From the human T2T-CHM13v2.0 reference genome, Homo sapiens, in assembly GCF_009914755.1 (NCBI RefSeq), contig NC_060943.1: 64,000 nt of DNA; one strand, 5' to 3'. Position 1 is the first letter of the stretch; each line of letters starts with the position of its first letter. A program made the translations under genes and the position numbers. The notes under the pieces are model-generated. The model made no database searches. It worked only from the letters and a program-made list of their open reading frames with translations, and was not told the origin of the DNA. This document shows positions 60,784 to 64,000 of the stretch, one piece after another.

Positions 60784-60960
60784 CTCTGATGCCCAAGACC
60801 CTGAATCCAGCGAAGCTCACAGAACACACAAGAAGTCCAAGGAAGAGCCGAGGGTCCAGTGGGGCCTCTGAGCTAGAGACGGGGAGAGGGCAGTGGGACA
60901 GAAGGAGAGAGGAGGCTTGGTAACCACTCCCCAGCCCCCAGAGCCTGGGAGTGGAGCTGG
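60784..60960 (-). other. ANGPTL6: Probable ANGPTL6 non-coding first exon (5' end approximate)
   Basis: Donor GAG|gtgaga at 60783 in unique sequence; AT-rich TATA-like element at 60984-60997. Confidence 0.6.
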
Positions 60961-61525
60961 GATGCTGGGCCCAGGAGCCCAAACTATAAATATTTAGCAT
61001 TTCCCGAATGAGAAATGAGACAGAATTGCCAGACCCCCCTGCCCAGGCCACCAGAGCCTGATAACACAGGTCAGTGTCCTGGACATCCCTCCCTTTCCCC
61101 CACACCCTCCACTGCAGAGCCCAGAGCGTGGGAGGCTGCAGGCCCTGGGGCAGCCAGGCGTGATCCCAGCCCCAGACACGCACACACCACACATAGAAAG
61201 AGGAACATCACTGGGGACTTACCGTGTGTAGGGCTTGGCTCTAAACTCTCCACACCTTTTACGTATTTGATCCTTACAACCTGAGCTGGATTCTGTATGT
61301 ACCCTCATTTTACAGCAGGGAAAACTGAGGCTCAGAGAGGGTAAGCAACTTGCCTGCGGTCACACAGCCAAAAAGAGACCAGGATGGGAGCCAGCCAAGG
61401 TAGCTTGACTCAGAAACTCACACATGTACACCACAGCTGTCACACACATATGGGCACATAACAGAGTGGACACAAACACACACACACACATTTGCACGCA
61501 CGCACACATTAACACCCAGCGAAAG

Positions 61526-61812
61526 TCTGGGTGCAGTGGCTCATGCCTGAAAGCCAGCACTTTGGGAGGCCGGGGCAGGTGGATTACCTGAGGTCAGGAG
61601 TTCGAAACCATCCTTGCCAACATGCTAAAACCCCGTCTCTACTAACAATACAAAAATTAGCTGGGCATGGTGGCATGCGCCAGTAATCCCAGCTACTCGG
61701 GAGGCTGAGGCAGGAGAATTGCTTGAAGCCAGGAGGTGGAGGTTGCAGTAAGCCGAGATCGAGCAACCGCATGCACTCCAGCCTGGGCGACAAGACTGAA
61801 ATTCCATCTCAA

Positions 61813-61843
<31 letters not shown>

Positions 61844-62310
61844 AATAAAGTGAGGAATTAATTAATTAAAATAAAAAATAAATATAAAAGACACAGCTGT
61901 AAATTTTTAAATTGTGATAGAAACAATATATTCTTAAAGTGAAAACCCTACCTCAGTTACATGTGATTTATGTTTTTTGGATTAATCTGGATTTTATAAT
62001 TAGAAATAAAAATGTAAGGCCGGGCGCGGTGGCTCACGCCTGTAATCCCAGCACTTTGGGAGGCCAAGGCGGGCAGATCACGAGGTCAGCAATTCGAGAC
62101 CAGCCTGGCCAAGATGGAGAAACCCCGTCTCTACTAAAAATACAAAAATTTGCCGGGTGTGGTGGCCCATGCCTGTAATCCCAGCTACTCAGGAGGCTGA
62201 GGCAGGAGAATCGCTTGAACCCGGGGGGCGGAGGTTGCAGTGAGCCACTGCACTCCAGCCTGGGCGACAGAGTAAGACTCTGTCTCAAAAAAAAAAAAAA
62301 AAAAAAAGAA
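61526..62310 (+). mobile_element. Two Alus
   Basis: Alu consensus. Confidence 0.85.
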
Positions 62311-62509
62311 AAGAAATAAAAATGTAAGATTTTGAGTCCACATAATTATTTGTTGAAAATAATACAAGTCAGTATAATAGAGAAGCATTCATATATTCAA
62401 CACTGTGAGACAAAACACCAGAGACCTTGGATTTGATAATTGATCTGATATCCTGGACAGTATTCATATGTACAGTGATAGCTATCTTTCTTTGGTGTTT
62501 TTTTTGTTT

Positions 62510-62514
<5 letters not shown>

Positions 62515-62556
<42 letters not shown>
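62515..62556 (+). repeat. (GT)21 microsatellite
   Basis: Read directly from the sequence. Confidence 0.95.
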
Positions 62557-62558
<2 letters not shown>

Positions 62559-64000
62559 TTTTATGGTTCTGAGTTGGTGGCCAGTAAGTTCCATGTAGTG
62601 TTGGCACTTATTTAATTAACTATTCATGATTTTGTTAATAGCTTGTTATAGAATTCAGGCATATATTTTTCAGCATAAGAAGCCAAGCACACCAGCTTGT
62701 CATTGGAGAGAATATATTAAGTGAGAAAAACATTCAGGAATCAGAGCTTTAACATGTTAAAGTTAGTGCTAAACATTGTCATATTGGATCTGAACCTATC
62801 CTAATATATAACCATAAAGCTTGACTTCTGCATTGGAACTATGCTTTCATAAATAAAGGATATCTCATTGATTAAAAAAAATTTTTAAAAAGACACAGCT
62901 GGAAACATAACAGTTTCAGGCAACAACTGTATGTTCCAAATATGGTCACACACACATCACAACTTAAAGGGAAATGGGGTGGGCTGAGTGGGTCTTTATC
63001 TGTGTGTCAGGCTTGTCCACATCCTGGTTCTTGTGATCACACAGTAGTGCACAGATACAAAACAGGTACACACAGTTGACACCCGGAAACCTATCCACCG
63101 CACCACAGAGGTCACCGTCTGTCTCCCACACACTCGGTCACATTTTCACACAAGTCAAATCACACGAGGACGGAACTGGGGGAAGTAACCATGCAGTCAT
63201 TTCCCAGGGGTACAAAGAAACTCACATAGAGCCCCACAGAGCCCAGGCCCAGGGTCTGAGACCTGTCCAAAGGCCCCACCGACGACCAGCCACACGCCGG
63301 GAGAGTCACCTCCTTCCCCTGGTCTGCACCATCCTGAGCTCCCGAGTAACTCGAGTGGACTCCAGGGTTGAAAAAGGAAATGGTCGTCCCAGATCTGAGA
63401 GAGGCTGCCAGGCTGGGCTCTGGGCCTGGGTTGGGGCCCCCACACTGGGCCCCTCGGCCCCCCACCCTCAGCCCCCTCTGGCTTCCCCATTGGCAGTAGA
63501 GAGGGAGGGAACTTCATAAGTCACAGAGAGGGGCTGAAGAATACAGAGAGTCAGACAGATGGAGATGGGAGAGGCATAGGGAGATGGGAGAGACATAGGG
63601 AGATGGCAGAGAAAGGGAGAGACGGGGAGATGGGGAGAGACAGAGAGAGATGGGAAGATGGGGAGAGACCACAGGGAGGCAGATGAGAAGAAAGAAACAG
63701 GGATGGGGCCAGACACAGAAAAAGGAAACTTCTTTAGTTTCCATCTTCAGTTATAAATGATGAAAGAGACAACTGATGACAGAGACAAAGTTACAAGAGG
63801 GAGAAAGAGACAGGGGGAAGACGAGGGGGAGGGGAGACACATCTGGGGGAGAGGAGGAAGAATTGGGGTGCCAGAGAGAGCAAGGAGGGAGAGGAGGCCG
63901 ATGGGGGAGGAGAGAGTAATGTTCAGCCCAGTGAGGGGGTGTCCCTTTCCCCCACTGCAAGGTTTTGGGGAAGAAGCCAGAGGCCTGAGGCCAAGACTGA

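Noticed and set aside
63516-63920. GA-rich degenerate repeats near the window end
   Set aside because: Low-complexity sequence with no supportable gene structure.

Overview
Human-type, Alu-dense genomic DNA that I recognise as the chr19p13.2 C3P1-SHFL-ANGPTL6 region. (1) 1-32.4 kb, + strand: 32 exons of the unprocessed complement C3-like pseudogene C3P1, equivalent to C3 exon 10 (partial) through 41. My manual splicing gives about 1,300 codons with no frameshift, two nonsense codons (TAG 3268, TGA 28535) and one GC donor. (2) 44.6-51.5 kb, + strand: SHFL (C19orf66/Shiftless), 8 coding exons, 291 aa, CpG-island promoter with an ISRE. (3) 50.8-61 kb, - strand: ANGPTL6, 5 coding exons (470 aa) plus a probable 5' UTR exon; its 3' end overlaps the SHFL 3' UTR. 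The strongest signal is that reconstructed C3P1 looks like a long-diverged, recently inactivated member of the C3/C4/C5 family with altered chemistry: thioester GCPEQ, catalytic His replaced by Met, a 77-aa C3a-like domain ending in Thr instead of Arg, and two disulfides lost as matched pairs. A second signal is a dispersed 16-34 bp repeat in ANGPTL6 introns. On the - strand it copies the exon-5 splice donor, including an in-frame +21 nt alternative donor. On the + strand it supplies SHFL's AATAAA signals. Most short ORFs in the track are Alu or low-complexity artefacts. Human C3 comparisons are from memory of the C3 sequence, not from a computed alignment.
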